Virus record (IMG/VR): IMGVR_UViG_3300012346_000177
Location: 1 to 31,976 of that record
Length of the DNA: 31,976 nucleotides
Strand: one strand, 5' to 3'
Source: a virus
The position numbers and the translations under genes were made by a program. The notes beneath the pieces are model-generated. The model saw only the letters and a program-made list of their open reading frames with translations. It did no database searches and was not told the origin of the DNA. Below are positions 17,144 to 24,937 of the stretch, piece by piece. How positions within the stretch are numbered: position 1 is the stretch's first letter; the number at the start of each line of letters is the position of its first letter.

Positions 17144-17550
17144 TGACAATATTTTTAAGCATAGTATTTTTAGTTCACTTAATTAGTTGGGTTTTATACC
17201 AAAAACACCAATTTAAAGAACGCGACCTTTATGCAACAGATTCGCATAATGCTTACGAACACAATAAAAAATGGCATATTTGGAAGGGAATAAACCATTT
17301 ATCAGTTTATGTTTTGGTTTGGTCACTTTATGGTTTCTTTTCAATGCTATTCTTTGCTACTGCATTTTGGTTTGGCTTTGATATTCTTTGCAATGTTATC
17401 GTCCTAAAAAGACCGGCATTTTATGTTGGTCAAACGGCGCAAACGGATTTATTTATTCGCAAGGTTGCAGAATTTATAAAAATAAAGCCTGAATATGCTT
17501 CGGCATTGATAAAAGTATTAATTTTACTAATATTATTTATCTTAAAATAA
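17143..17550 (+). CDS. integral membrane protein (about 4 TM)
   Basis: 135 aa with multiple hydrophobic helices, TAATG-coupled to the fibre gene. Confidence 0.55.
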   Translation: MTIFLSIVFLVHLISWVLYQKHQFKERDLYATDSHNAYEHNKKWHIWKGINHLSVYVLVWSLYGFFSMLFFATAFWFGFDILCNVIVLKRPAFYVGQTAQTDLFIRKVAEFIKIKPEYASALIKVLILLILFILK

Positions 17551-17556
17551 AACTTT

Positions 17557-17952
17557 ATGACTTACAAACAATTATTGGAATTAGTAAACAACCTAAACAA
17601 TGAAACTGTCAACCAACAGGTAAAAGGACAGGACACAAAAGTTTCGCAAAAGCTTGGAAAAATTGCCAAAAAACTTGAAAAATACGTTATTGAATATAAC
17701 GAACAGGTTGAGGAAATAAGAATTGATAACGCTTCAACAGACGACAAAGGGGTAATTTTAAAAGAAGAAAAAGGAGGTTACAAGTTCAGCAAAGATGGAT
17801 TGAAAAAGGTAATGAAACAAGTTAAAGAATTAGGCGAAAAAGAATTTACATACGAACCAATAAAAGTTGTTAATCCCGCAGGTTTAGAAGAATTTATTTT
17901 TCTAAAGGATTGGTTAACAGGCGTTGAATTTATAACAGAAGAAGAACTTTAA
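17557..17952 (+). CDS. hypothetical protein
   Basis: 131-aa ATG ORF, K/E-rich. Confidence 0.6.
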   Translation: MTYKQLLELVNNLNNETVNQQVKGQDTKVSQKLGKIAKKLEKYVIEYNEQVEEIRIDNASTDDKGVILKEEKGGYKFSKDGLKKVMKQVKELGEKEFTYEPIKVVNPAGLEEFIFLKDWLTGVEFITEEEL

Positions 17953-17955
17953 AAT

Positions 17956-18135
17956 ATGGCACAACATAGCGACCAAGCGGATTTTGGGGTATTAGTTAGC
18001 ACAATTGGTGCTATTGTAAGCGTTACAACAATTCAACCTATTGTCACGTTAATAGCGGGTTTGGTCGCTATTGTTTCCGGTATTATGGCGATTCGCTATT
18101 ATTACAATGCCACAAAAAAAGTAAAGAATGACTAA
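17956..18135 (+). CDS. holin-like small membrane protein (59 aa, 2 TM)
   Basis: Hand-translated, below the track cut-off: MAQHSDQADFGVLVSTIGAIVSVTTIQPIVTLIAGLVAIVSGIMAIRYYYNATKKVKND. Two TM helices and a basic tail; overlaps the next start. Confidence 0.55.
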   Translation: MAQHSDQADFGVLVSTIGAIVSVTTIQPIVTLIAGLVAIVSGIMAIRYYYNATKKVKND

Positions 18136-18670
18136 AAATATTTTGATAATTGTTTTATTGGCGATTATCGTTTTATTTTTAACAACGCAACCGCAGTACA
18201 AAGGCGCAAGTATTACGATTGTAACGGACACGCTTTATAAAGATACTGTAATTAAAAAATGGTATAAAGGTGATTCAATACCATACAAGGTAATTGACAC
18301 ATTCAGGGTTGAGGCGCAAAAGGTTGACACGGCTGAAATACTGAAGCGTTATTTTGAAGTAAAAGCGTATTCGGATAGTTTACGGATAGATACGAATAAT
18401 TACGTATATGTTCAGGACACAATAAGCCAAAATAAGATTGTTGGCAGGGGTTTTACGGCTAAAATAAGCGAAAAGACAATTTTCGTTACAAAGACGATAC
18501 AACCAAAAGACAGAAGTGCGCTTTATTTCGGCTTTATGTTTGATTTAAGACAGTCAAACAGACAATTGGGTGTTGGCATTGGCGGCGCATTTAAAACGGC
18601 TAAAAAAGGGATTGTAACGGCAAACGCGACAACAAACGGATATTCGTTAGGGTATTATTTAAAATTTTAA
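18128..18670 (+). CDS. envelope protein with an N-terminal signal/anchor and an OMP-like C-terminal beta-signal
   Basis: N-terminus MTKNILIIVLLAIIVLFLTTQ. The C-terminus ...NGYSLGYYLKF ends in Phe with alternating aromatics. Lies in the lysis cluster. Confidence 0.45.
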   Translation: MTKNILIIVLLAIIVLFLTTQPQYKGASITIVTDTLYKDTVIKKWYKGDSIPYKVIDTFRVEAQKVDTAEILKRYFEVKAYSDSLRIDTNNYVYVQDTISQNKIVGRGFTAKISEKTIFVTKTIQPKDRSALYFGFMFDLRQSNRQLGVGIGGAFKTAKKGIVTANATTNGYSLGYYLKF

Positions 18671-18671
18671 T

Positions 18672-18884
18672 ATGGCATTTGGTTGGAAACAATATTGGAA
18701 GCCTACGCCTAAAAATATTAGGAAATTCGCGGACGCTTTAAGCGCTGCGTCTTTGGCAATTTCGGCTTATTCTTTTATGTCGGATTATAAATTATTTGCA
18801 TATATTACATTGGTAACGACGTTTGTGGCAAAATTTTTATCAAACTTTTTTAGCGAAGAAAATGAAGGACGAAAAAACACTTGA
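18672..18884 (+). CDS. holin-like membrane protein (70 aa)
   Basis: Two hydrophobic segments and a charged C-terminus, immediately upstream of and overlapping the endolysin. Confidence 0.5.
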   Translation: MAFGWKQYWKPTPKNIRKFADALSAASLAISAYSFMSDYKLFAYITLVTTFVAKFLSNFFSEENEGRKNT

Positions 18885-19368
18885 ACGAATTAAGCTATTG
18901 CACCCGAAATTAAGGGATGAAGCTTTGGAAATGTACGACGATATTGTTGCAGCTTTAACAGGGTTTGCAGCCTGTCGTTTTGCTTACACTTTAAGAACAT
19001 TCGCAGAACAGGACGCGTTATATGCGCAAGGACGTTCAAAGCCTGGCGCAAAGGTTACAAATGCGAAGGGCGGTCAATCGTATCATAATTACGGTTTAGC
19101 AATTGACATTGTTTTATTGGTTGACAAAGATAAAAACGGGACTTTTGAAACTGCGAGTTGGGACACAAAAACAGATTTTGACAAAGACGGCAAAGCGGAT
19201 TGGATTGAAGTTGTAAATATTTTTAAACGATACGGTTACGAATGGGGTGGGGATTGGAAGTTTATTGATATGCCACATTTCCAAAAAACATTTGGGAAGT
19301 CAATAAAAGAACTTCAATTGTTGCACGCCCAAAACAAAGTTGACAAAAACGGATTCGTTCTAATTTAA
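18862..19368 (+). CDS. endolysin, peptidase M15 (VanY/L-alanyl-D-glutamate peptidase-like)
   Basis: Zn-ligand pattern SYHNYGLAIDI (H-x6-D) plus DMPHFQ. ATG 18862 is preferred over the TTG at 18823. Confidence 0.8.
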   Translation: MKDEKTLERIKLLHPKLRDEALEMYDDIVAALTGFAACRFAYTLRTFAEQDALYAQGRSKPGAKVTNAKGGQSYHNYGLAIDIVLLVDKDKNGTFETASWDTKTDFDKDGKADWIEVVNIFKRYGYEWGGDWKFIDMPHFQKTFGKSIKELQLLHAQNKVDKNGFVLI

Positions 19369-19375
19369 ACCTAAT

Positions 19376-20128
19376 ATGACAAAAACAAACCTAAAAACAA
19401 AACGCCGCAGACTATTCTTTGATATTGAAACTTCGCCAAACATAGGATTATTTTGGGAAGCCGGGTATAAAAAGAACATTACAACAGATAATATTATTCG
19501 GGAACGTGCAATTATTTGCATTTGTTATAAATGGGAAGACGAAAAAGAAGTTTATGCTTTACAATGGGACGCAAAACAGAATGACAAAAGAATGTTGGAA
19601 CAGTTTGTTAAGGTGGCAAATACTGCTAACGAATTGGTTGGTCACAATGGCGACAAATTTGATTTGGCTTGGATTAGAACCCGTTGTTTATTTCACGGTA
19701 TTGATATGTTCCCAAATTATCAAACAATTGATACGCTAAAGGTTGCGCGTTCTAAATTCCGTTTTCAATCAAACAGGTTGAATTACATTGCTGAATTTTT
19801 AGGTTTAGGCGGCAAAATTAAAACAGAATTTAATCTTTGGAAGGATATTCTATTGAACAAAGATAAGGTTGCAATGGAAAAAATGATTAAGTACTGTAAA
19901 AAAGACGTTTCATTATTAGAAGAAGTTTACAAGTTATTAGGCAATCATATTGCACCAAAGACGCATTACGGCGTTGTATTTGGCGAAGATAGGGGGAGTT
20001 GCCCGGAATGTGGCGCAGGTTCTGAAGACCTTATAAAAAATAATACAGTTGTCACCGCTTCAGGTTTAACCCGTATTCAATACAAATGTAAAGTTTGTAA
20101 TAAATTTCATTCTAAAACAGATAAATAA
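19376..20128 (+). CDS. DEDDy 3'-5' exonuclease (RNase H-like fold) with a C-terminal zinc ribbon
   Basis: Exo I FFDIETSP, Exo II GHNGDKFDLAWI, Exo III YCKKD, then CPECG...CKVCN. Confidence 0.7.
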   Translation: MTKTNLKTKRRRLFFDIETSPNIGLFWEAGYKKNITTDNIIRERAIICICYKWEDEKEVYALQWDAKQNDKRMLEQFVKVANTANELVGHNGDKFDLAWIRTRCLFHGIDMFPNYQTIDTLKVARSKFRFQSNRLNYIAEFLGLGGKIKTEFNLWKDILLNKDKVAMEKMIKYCKKDVSLLEEVYKLLGNHIAPKTHYGVVFGEDRGSCPECGAGSEDLIKNNTVVTASGLTRIQYKCKVCNKFHSKTDK

Positions 20129-20335
20129 ATGAGCAAAATTCTATATACTATTATTGACGATTTGTTGGCACGTGAAGACAAAGGAATTAAGGAATACGGT
20201 ACAACAATGGACAGAACAGACCTAACGGAAATTGATTGGTTGCAACACGCTTACGAAGAAGCATTGGACTTATCAATTTATTTGAAGAAACTTATAAAAC
20301 TAAAAAAAGATGCGAATGCCAAAGGGGTTCAATAA
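20129..20335 (+). CDS. small all-alpha protein, possibly a MazG-like NTP pyrophosphohydrolase
   Basis: KGIKEYGTTMDRTDLTEIDWLQHAYEEALDLSIYL resembles small phage MazG-like proteins (EExxD). Confidence 0.4.
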   Translation: MSKILYTIIDDLLAREDKGIKEYGTTMDRTDLTEIDWLQHAYEEALDLSIYLKKLIKLKKDANAKGVQ

Positions 20336-20498
20336 GTGGACATTGTCCCAACAGGAAGAATTTTTTACAAAAAAGCTTCAGGAATTATATAATATTGAAA
20401 ATGATATTCGCCAAAATTTAGCAAAGATTCGCGGCGGGAATAGGGTTGAATTTAAGGAAATAGAACGTCCTGACGAAGCGGAATTAAAAGGATTATAA
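20310..20498 (+). CDS. hypothetical protein
   Basis: 62-aa ATG ORF, TAATG-coupled to the next gene. Confidence 0.5.
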   Translation: MRMPKGFNKWTLSQQEEFFTKKLQELYNIENDIRQNLAKIRGGNRVEFKEIERPDEAELKGL

Positions 20499-20932
20499 TG
20501 AAACTTTTAAAAATATATAGCAAAGGCAAAATTCTAAACTTTGACGCTTATATTCAGCTTCAGGAATTAGACCGTACCAACCCAAATTTCAAGGGTTGCG
20601 GTAACGAGTTTAAACAGAATCGGGATTGGTGGGTTATATTAGATAAAAAGAAAACAATTGTTGCTTACTGCGGTTCTATTTATACGCAGGGAATTTGCAT
20701 ATTCAACCGCGCGTGGGTTGACAAAAGGTTTAGGGGTTTAGGAATACAAAAGAAGCTTATTAAAATAAGATTAAAAGCGGCTAAAGAAAGCTGCTATATT
20801 GCAATTACATACACTACAAAGGACAATTACCCGTCAGCAAACAATTTAATTGCCTGCGGATTTAAGTTTTATTTCCCCGAATACGCATACGGCGGGGACG
20901 AAATGTTGTATTTCCACAAAAATTTGGGTTAA
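20498..20932 (+). CDS. GNAT-family N-acetyltransferase
   Basis: Acetyl-CoA motif A-like VDKRFRGLGIQKKLIKIRL and a typical GNAT length of 144 aa. Confidence 0.65.
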   Translation: MKLLKIYSKGKILNFDAYIQLQELDRTNPNFKGCGNEFKQNRDWWVILDKKKTIVAYCGSIYTQGICIFNRAWVDKRFRGLGIQKKLIKIRLKAAKESCYIAITYTTKDNYPSANNLIACGFKFYFPEYAYGGDEMLYFHKNLG

Positions 20933-20968
20933 TTTTACCATTCATCAATTTATTTTACCGTTCGTCAC
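20933..20968 (+). promoter_or_regulatory. two direct 'TTTTACCRTTCRTCA' boxes 20 nt apart (operator-like)
   Basis: ttttaccattcatca 20933..20947 and ttttaccgttcgtca 20953..20967. The same arrangement recurs at 31342..31375. Confidence 0.55.
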
Positions 20969-20976
20969 TAAATAAC

Positions 20977-21008
20977 TTTGTTTACATTGTGTAAAACCTG
21001 TATATTTG
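20977..21008 (+). promoter_or_regulatory. Bacteroidota-type promoter (-33 TTTG, 20-nt spacer, -7 TATATTTG)
   Basis: TTTG 20977..20980 and TAtaTTTG 21001..21008, 18 nt before ATG 21026. Confidence 0.65.
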
Positions 21009-21025
21009 TTGTCTAAACAAACCAA

Positions 21026-21238
21026 ATGAATACAGAAACACAAACAACAATCGGTGAATTAATGCATAAGCCATTAAGCCGCGCCGCAGACTATGCAGGT
21101 GCATTGGGATTCAGTCGCGGTTCTTTGAATCTTATTTTACATTATGTAAAAGAAAACAATATTGAACGAATTGAAGAACTTGCGCATTCAGCTTTAGAAC
21201 ATATTGAAGACGTATTTATTAAACACCAAGTACAATGA
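21026..21238 (+). CDS. hypothetical protein (possible small HTH regulator)
   Basis: 70 aa, first gene after the promoter. Confidence 0.55.
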   Translation: MNTETQTTIGELMHKPLSRAADYAGALGFSRGSLNLILHYVKENNIERIEELAHSALEHIEDVFIKHQVQ

Positions 21239-21483
21239 ATTTAGAATTAAAGCTTTTTAAACTTCAGGAAAACGTACGTTATTTCCAATGGTTGTTTGAT
21301 ATTAGCAACGCGACAGATGCGCGCAAACGTATGGAAATGTTAAATTCAGCAAAAGAAAATTTGAAGAACTTTAAAAAGAAACATTACCCACAACTATTGG
21401 AGCAACCAAAAAACAATTTTCCAAAACAACCATTTGTCCCAATGTCAGATTGGACAGAAAAATTTGAAGAATACGAATTTTAA
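21235..21483 (+). CDS. hypothetical protein
   Basis: 82 aa, ATGA overlap with the upstream gene. Confidence 0.55.
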   Translation: MNLELKLFKLQENVRYFQWLFDISNATDARKRMEMLNSAKENLKNFKKKHYPQLLEQPKNNFPKQPFVPMSDWTEKFEEYEF

Positions 21484-21500
21484 AACCAAAAAAAACCTAT

Positions 21501-22052
21501 ATGAGTATTGTAAAAATTCAGGCAGAATTAAAAGCGCCAAAGGGTCAAGTAAATAAGTTCGGCAATTACAGGTACAGAAGCGCCGAAGACATTATTGAAG
21601 CCGTTAAACCTATTATTGCGAAGTACGGTTATTATTTAGTTATTTCAGACGCGATTGAACATTACGACGACCGATTTTATGTAAAGGCGGTTGCTGCGTT
21701 AGTAAATGAGCAAAACGAAGTAATTGTTCGTACTTCAGGTTATGCACGTGAAGAAGAAGTAAAGAAAGGAATGGACGCCGCACAAATAACCGGGTCAGCT
21801 TCTTCATACGCCCGTAAATATGCATTAAATGGATTGTTTGCGATTGACGATACAAAAGACGCAGACGCAACCAACGAACACAAAGACGAAGTTGGTGACG
21901 ATAAGCGTTTATATTTGCAAACATTATTAGAGAATACGCCATTCACAGAAGACAAAAAGAATAAAATGGCAATAAAAATTGAATCGTTTACAAAAGAAGA
22001 CGATTACAATAAAGCTTTGAAAGTATTACAAAATAATCAAATTAGTAAATAA
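21501..22052 (+). CDS. erf: ERF-family single-strand annealing protein
   Basis: FGNYRYRSAEDIIEAVKPIIAKYG and GSASSYARKYALNGLFAIDD match ERF superfamily motifs. Confidence 0.8.
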   Translation: MSIVKIQAELKAPKGQVNKFGNYRYRSAEDIIEAVKPIIAKYGYYLVISDAIEHYDDRFYVKAVAALVNEQNEVIVRTSGYAREEEVKKGMDAAQITGSASSYARKYALNGLFAIDDTKDADATNEHKDEVGDDKRLYLQTLLENTPFTEDKKNKMAIKIESFTKEDDYNKALKVLQNNQISK

Positions 22053-22447
22053 TGCGCGAATATACCATTGAAGAATTAACGAATAAGGCGGAAAAAATGT
22101 TGGATTTTTTACAGAAGCCATTACCTAAAAATGATTCGGCGGATTATCACGACGCATTGATAAAAAGATTGGACACGCTAAACGTTGCAATGACACAATC
22201 AGGTGAATACAGAACCGCCGCAGAATATAAAATTGAATGCGTTATTGATTTGGAAATTGGCGAAAAAATACACGAAATTATGGAAGGCAAATTAGCAACG
22301 TCAACTGTAAATATGTGGGTTAAAAGCAAGGCGCGTGAATGGTCACGTTTAAAAAACGCATTTGACAGAATAAACGCTTCTTCAGTTCACCAAATAGATG
22401 CCATTCGTTCAATTTTAAGTTGGGAAAAAGCCAAAATAAACCTATAA
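22052..22447 (+). CDS. hypothetical protein
   Basis: 131 aa, TAATG-coupled. Confidence 0.55.
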   Translation: MREYTIEELTNKAEKMLDFLQKPLPKNDSADYHDALIKRLDTLNVAMTQSGEYRTAAEYKIECVIDLEIGEKIHEIMEGKLATSTVNMWVKSKAREWSRLKNAFDRINASSVHQIDAIRSILSWEKAKINL

Positions 22448-22448
22448 T

Positions 22449-22658
22449 ATGAAACAAGAAACATATCAAGACCTTGAAAACGGAATGCAAAAATTGCTTC
22501 CAATGGAACGTCAAATGTTATTAGCTGAAGTTTACCATTATTGTTGGTATTCACCTGAAGCTTACGAAGAATTAAGAAAATTCTTAAATAAGTGGGAAAA
22601 AGAATGTAATTTTAAAGCCGTATTTTTTAAACCGGAATCAGAAGATTCCACAAATTAA
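22449..22658 (+). CDS. hypothetical protein
   Basis: 69-aa ATG ORF. Confidence 0.55.
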   Translation: MKQETYQDLENGMQKLLPMERQMLLAEVYHYCWYSPEAYEELRKFLNKWEKECNFKAVFFKPESEDSTN

Positions 22659-22663
22659 ACATA

Positions 22664-22912
22664 ATGTCAGAAGTAAAAAAAGAAAATTGGGGTGCTTGGA
22701 AAAAGACTACAAAAGACGGAAAAGAAGTAATTAATTTCGCAATTAACGGTAAACGTTACAATATGTGGGTTAATTCGTACAAAACAGAGGCAAAACACCC
22801 GGACTTCAAAATTTATGAAGATACTTACGTTGCGCCGACAGATGCGCAAAATAAGCCTGTAAATAACGAAGCAACCGGATTCAAACCTTATAATGACGAT
22901 TTAGAATTTTAG
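22664..22912 (+). CDS. small protein with an SSB-like acidic C-terminal tip (…YNDDLEF)
   Basis: 82 aa. The C-terminal DDLEF resembles the bacterial SSB tip DD(D/L)(I/L)PF. Located between ERF and the replication genes. Confidence 0.45.
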   Translation: MSEVKKENWGAWKKTTKDGKEVINFAINGKRYNMWVNSYKTEAKHPDFKIYEDTYVAPTDAQNKPVNNEATGFKPYNDDLEF

Positions 22913-22915
22913 ATT

Positions 22916-23347
22916 ATGCAAACATTACAAAGCGAAATTTTAGACTTTTATAAGTCGCACAGACAAAGTTTAAGACTGTTGCACAATATAATGAAAGCAA
23001 ACAATTTAATAAAAAAGGACGAAATTATTATTGATTCTGAATTGTCAAATGAAGCAAAGAAAATATCTTTGATTGTTGAAGAAATATTTGACGTTAATAT
23101 GTCAGTAAAAAGCCGAACTAAAAATATTGTTGACGCAAGGAAGGCAGCTGCGTATTTAATTAGAAAATACACAACTTTGTCATTAAGCGAAATAAGGCAA
23201 TATATTGGTGTTGGCGACCATACGACAGTTATGTACAATATCAATTCGGCAAAGGATTTAATTGACACCGCAGATTGGTTCAGAAATAAAATTGCATTCC
23301 TTGAAAAAAGAATTGAAAAAAGCATTATATTTGCAGACAGGAAATAA
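22916..23347 (+). CDS. DnaA domain IV-like HTH DNA-binding protein
   Basis: IVDARKAAAYLIRKYTTLSLSEIRQYIGVGDHTTVMYNINSAKDLI parallels the DnaA C-terminal motif (...RQIAMYL...SL..IG..FGGRDHTTVMHA..KI). Confidence 0.7.
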   Translation: MQTLQSEILDFYKSHRQSLRLLHNIMKANNLIKKDEIIIDSELSNEAKKISLIVEEIFDVNMSVKSRTKNIVDARKAAAYLIRKYTTLSLSEIRQYIGVGDHTTVMYNINSAKDLIDTADWFRNKIAFLEKRIEKSIIFADRK

Positions 23348-23358
23348 ATAAACGCGTT

Positions 23359-24147
23359 ATGGTACAACGCAATTACGAATATATTGGGTCAAAGGATTTT
23401 CGGGAAGTACCATTTCCCGGCGTCCCGCGACCCTTTTTTTATATGAAATATTTTTTACACGATAGCAATGCGTTTGAAGATGAAAAGGTTGCTTTGCTTT
23501 TTATGAAATACGGATATGAAGGTTTGGGGTTATTTTATACGATACTTGAAAAATTGGCAAAACAGGAAAAACCTGTAAATACAGAAGTTTTAAAAATGCA
23601 ATTAAAGGTTGGCAAAAAGCTTGAAAAATGTTGGAACTTTATGGAAAGTATTGACATAATATCTTCAAACAATGGTGAAACTTTTAACAAACAATTGCTA
23701 AACTTTAGTGAAAAGTACAAGATAAAAAAAGAAAAAAACCTTAAAAGAATTTCACAATGGCGTGAAAATCAAGACATTGCGGAAAATGTAACGCATTACA
23801 AAAGTGTTCGTAACGACCATAAAGAAAAGAAAAGTAAAGTAAATGAAAGTAAAGTAAATAATATTATTACTGTTCAACCTATGGTTGACCCACAAACAAA
23901 TTTTTTAATTTTAATTGAACCGTTTAAAAATACTTTGTCAGAATCTTACGAAGAATTTATTGCTTATTGGTGTGAACAATCAAAAAGTGGTAAATTGCGT
24001 TATGAATCAGAAAAGTTTTTTGACGTAAAACGCCGCGTTAACACGTGGTTACAAAACCGAATAAAATATGGAAATACAAAAAATACTGACCCAACCGCCG
24101 CAAGTCGCAAAAGAATGGAAGGACTATCCGATTGGGTTAATAGCTAA
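23359..24147 (+). CDS. DUF4373-like replication initiation/organiser protein
   Basis: N-terminus FFYMKYFLHDSNAFEDEKVALLFMKYGYEGLGLFYTILEKLA is typical of DUF4373 proteins in Bacteroidota phages. Confidence 0.6.
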   Translation: MVQRNYEYIGSKDFREVPFPGVPRPFFYMKYFLHDSNAFEDEKVALLFMKYGYEGLGLFYTILEKLAKQEKPVNTEVLKMQLKVGKKLEKCWNFMESIDIISSNNGETFNKQLLNFSEKYKIKKEKNLKRISQWRENQDIAENVTHYKSVRNDHKEKKSKVNESKVNNIITVQPMVDPQTNFLILIEPFKNTLSESYEEFIAYWCEQSKSGKLRYESEKFFDVKRRVNTWLQNRIKYGNTKNTDPTAASRKRMEGLSDWVNS

Positions 24148-24811
24148 AGAAGATTTACCAATTGTTGAAGCTTTTAAGGGCGAAAAATTAGCAGTTGTTG
24201 ACGTTCATAATTTAAAAAGTACGTTGGCTTATATTTTCACTTTGATTGGTTTAACAAGGTTACCGGACAAAATGGAATTGGATATTATTGAAGACTATAT
24301 TCGTACAACTTACCCGCATTTTACAATAAACGAATTCAGGATTGCGTTTAAAATGGCGGTACAGGGTCGTTTTGATTGCAATACAGACCATTTTGAAAAG
24401 TTTTCACCTAAATACATATCCCAAATAATGAATGCCTATAAAGCCAAAGCAAACGAAGTTCGTAAAAATATTCCGCCGCCGCCTGAACCGCCCGTTCCGC
24501 AATTGACAGACGACCAAATTGTTGAGTTTACAAAGAATGAATGGTTAAATGGTAAACGTGAGGACTTTAACAAGGTATTCAACGCGGATAAAGTATTTGC
24601 TATCTTATTGAAACAGAAGAAGTTAAACTTTACACCTGAAGAAATTTTGTACACGATTAAGGTAGTGCGCGAAGACAATTTGCAAAGGCTAAATAAAATG
24701 CACCCTTTGGACGCAAAACAATTCAGCAAAAACATAAAAAATGAAGATTTTATTGAAACACAATGTAAAAAATTAGCTTTAGTTAAATATTTTGAAAACT
24801 TATCAAATTAA
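24068..24811 (+). CDS. hypothetical replication-module protein
   Basis: 247-aa ATG ORF with an 80-nt overlap with the upstream gene. Confidence 0.5.
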   Translation: MEIQKILTQPPQVAKEWKDYPIGLIAKEDLPIVEAFKGEKLAVVDVHNLKSTLAYIFTLIGLTRLPDKMELDIIEDYIRTTYPHFTINEFRIAFKMAVQGRFDCNTDHFEKFSPKYISQIMNAYKAKANEVRKNIPPPPEPPVPQLTDDQIVEFTKNEWLNGKREDFNKVFNADKVFAILLKQKKLNFTPEEILYTIKVVREDNLQRLNKMHPLDAKQFSKNIKNEDFIETQCKKLALVKYFENLSN

Positions 24812-24937
24812 ATATTCTCATTACGGAACAATAAAATATTGTTATACCGATAATTTTACCGACTTTTACGCAAATTATCCTGAAGTAAAGACAAAGGAAA
24901 ACAGACTTGAATTAAAAAAAGAATTTTACGAAAAAGT

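Noticed and set aside
22948-23367. 139-aa minus-strand ORF opposite the DnaA-IV-like gene. Similar antisense ORFs occur at 6890..7216, 7406..7642, 9325..9690, 15310..15603, 21640..21942, 24436..24735, 26911..27198, 27816..28082, 28558..28887 and 30149..30418
   Set aside because: All lie entirely inside + strand genes with recognisable motifs. They are Ile/Phe/Ser/Leu-rich shadow frames with no intergenic space, promoter or terminator of their own.
24845-24860. tataccgataattttaccgac, resembling the TACCRTT boxes of the two promoter regions
   Set aside because: The spacing is 12 nt rather than 20 nt. The TTCRTCA half of the box is missing, and no TAnnTTTG element follows. The resemblance is likely by chance.
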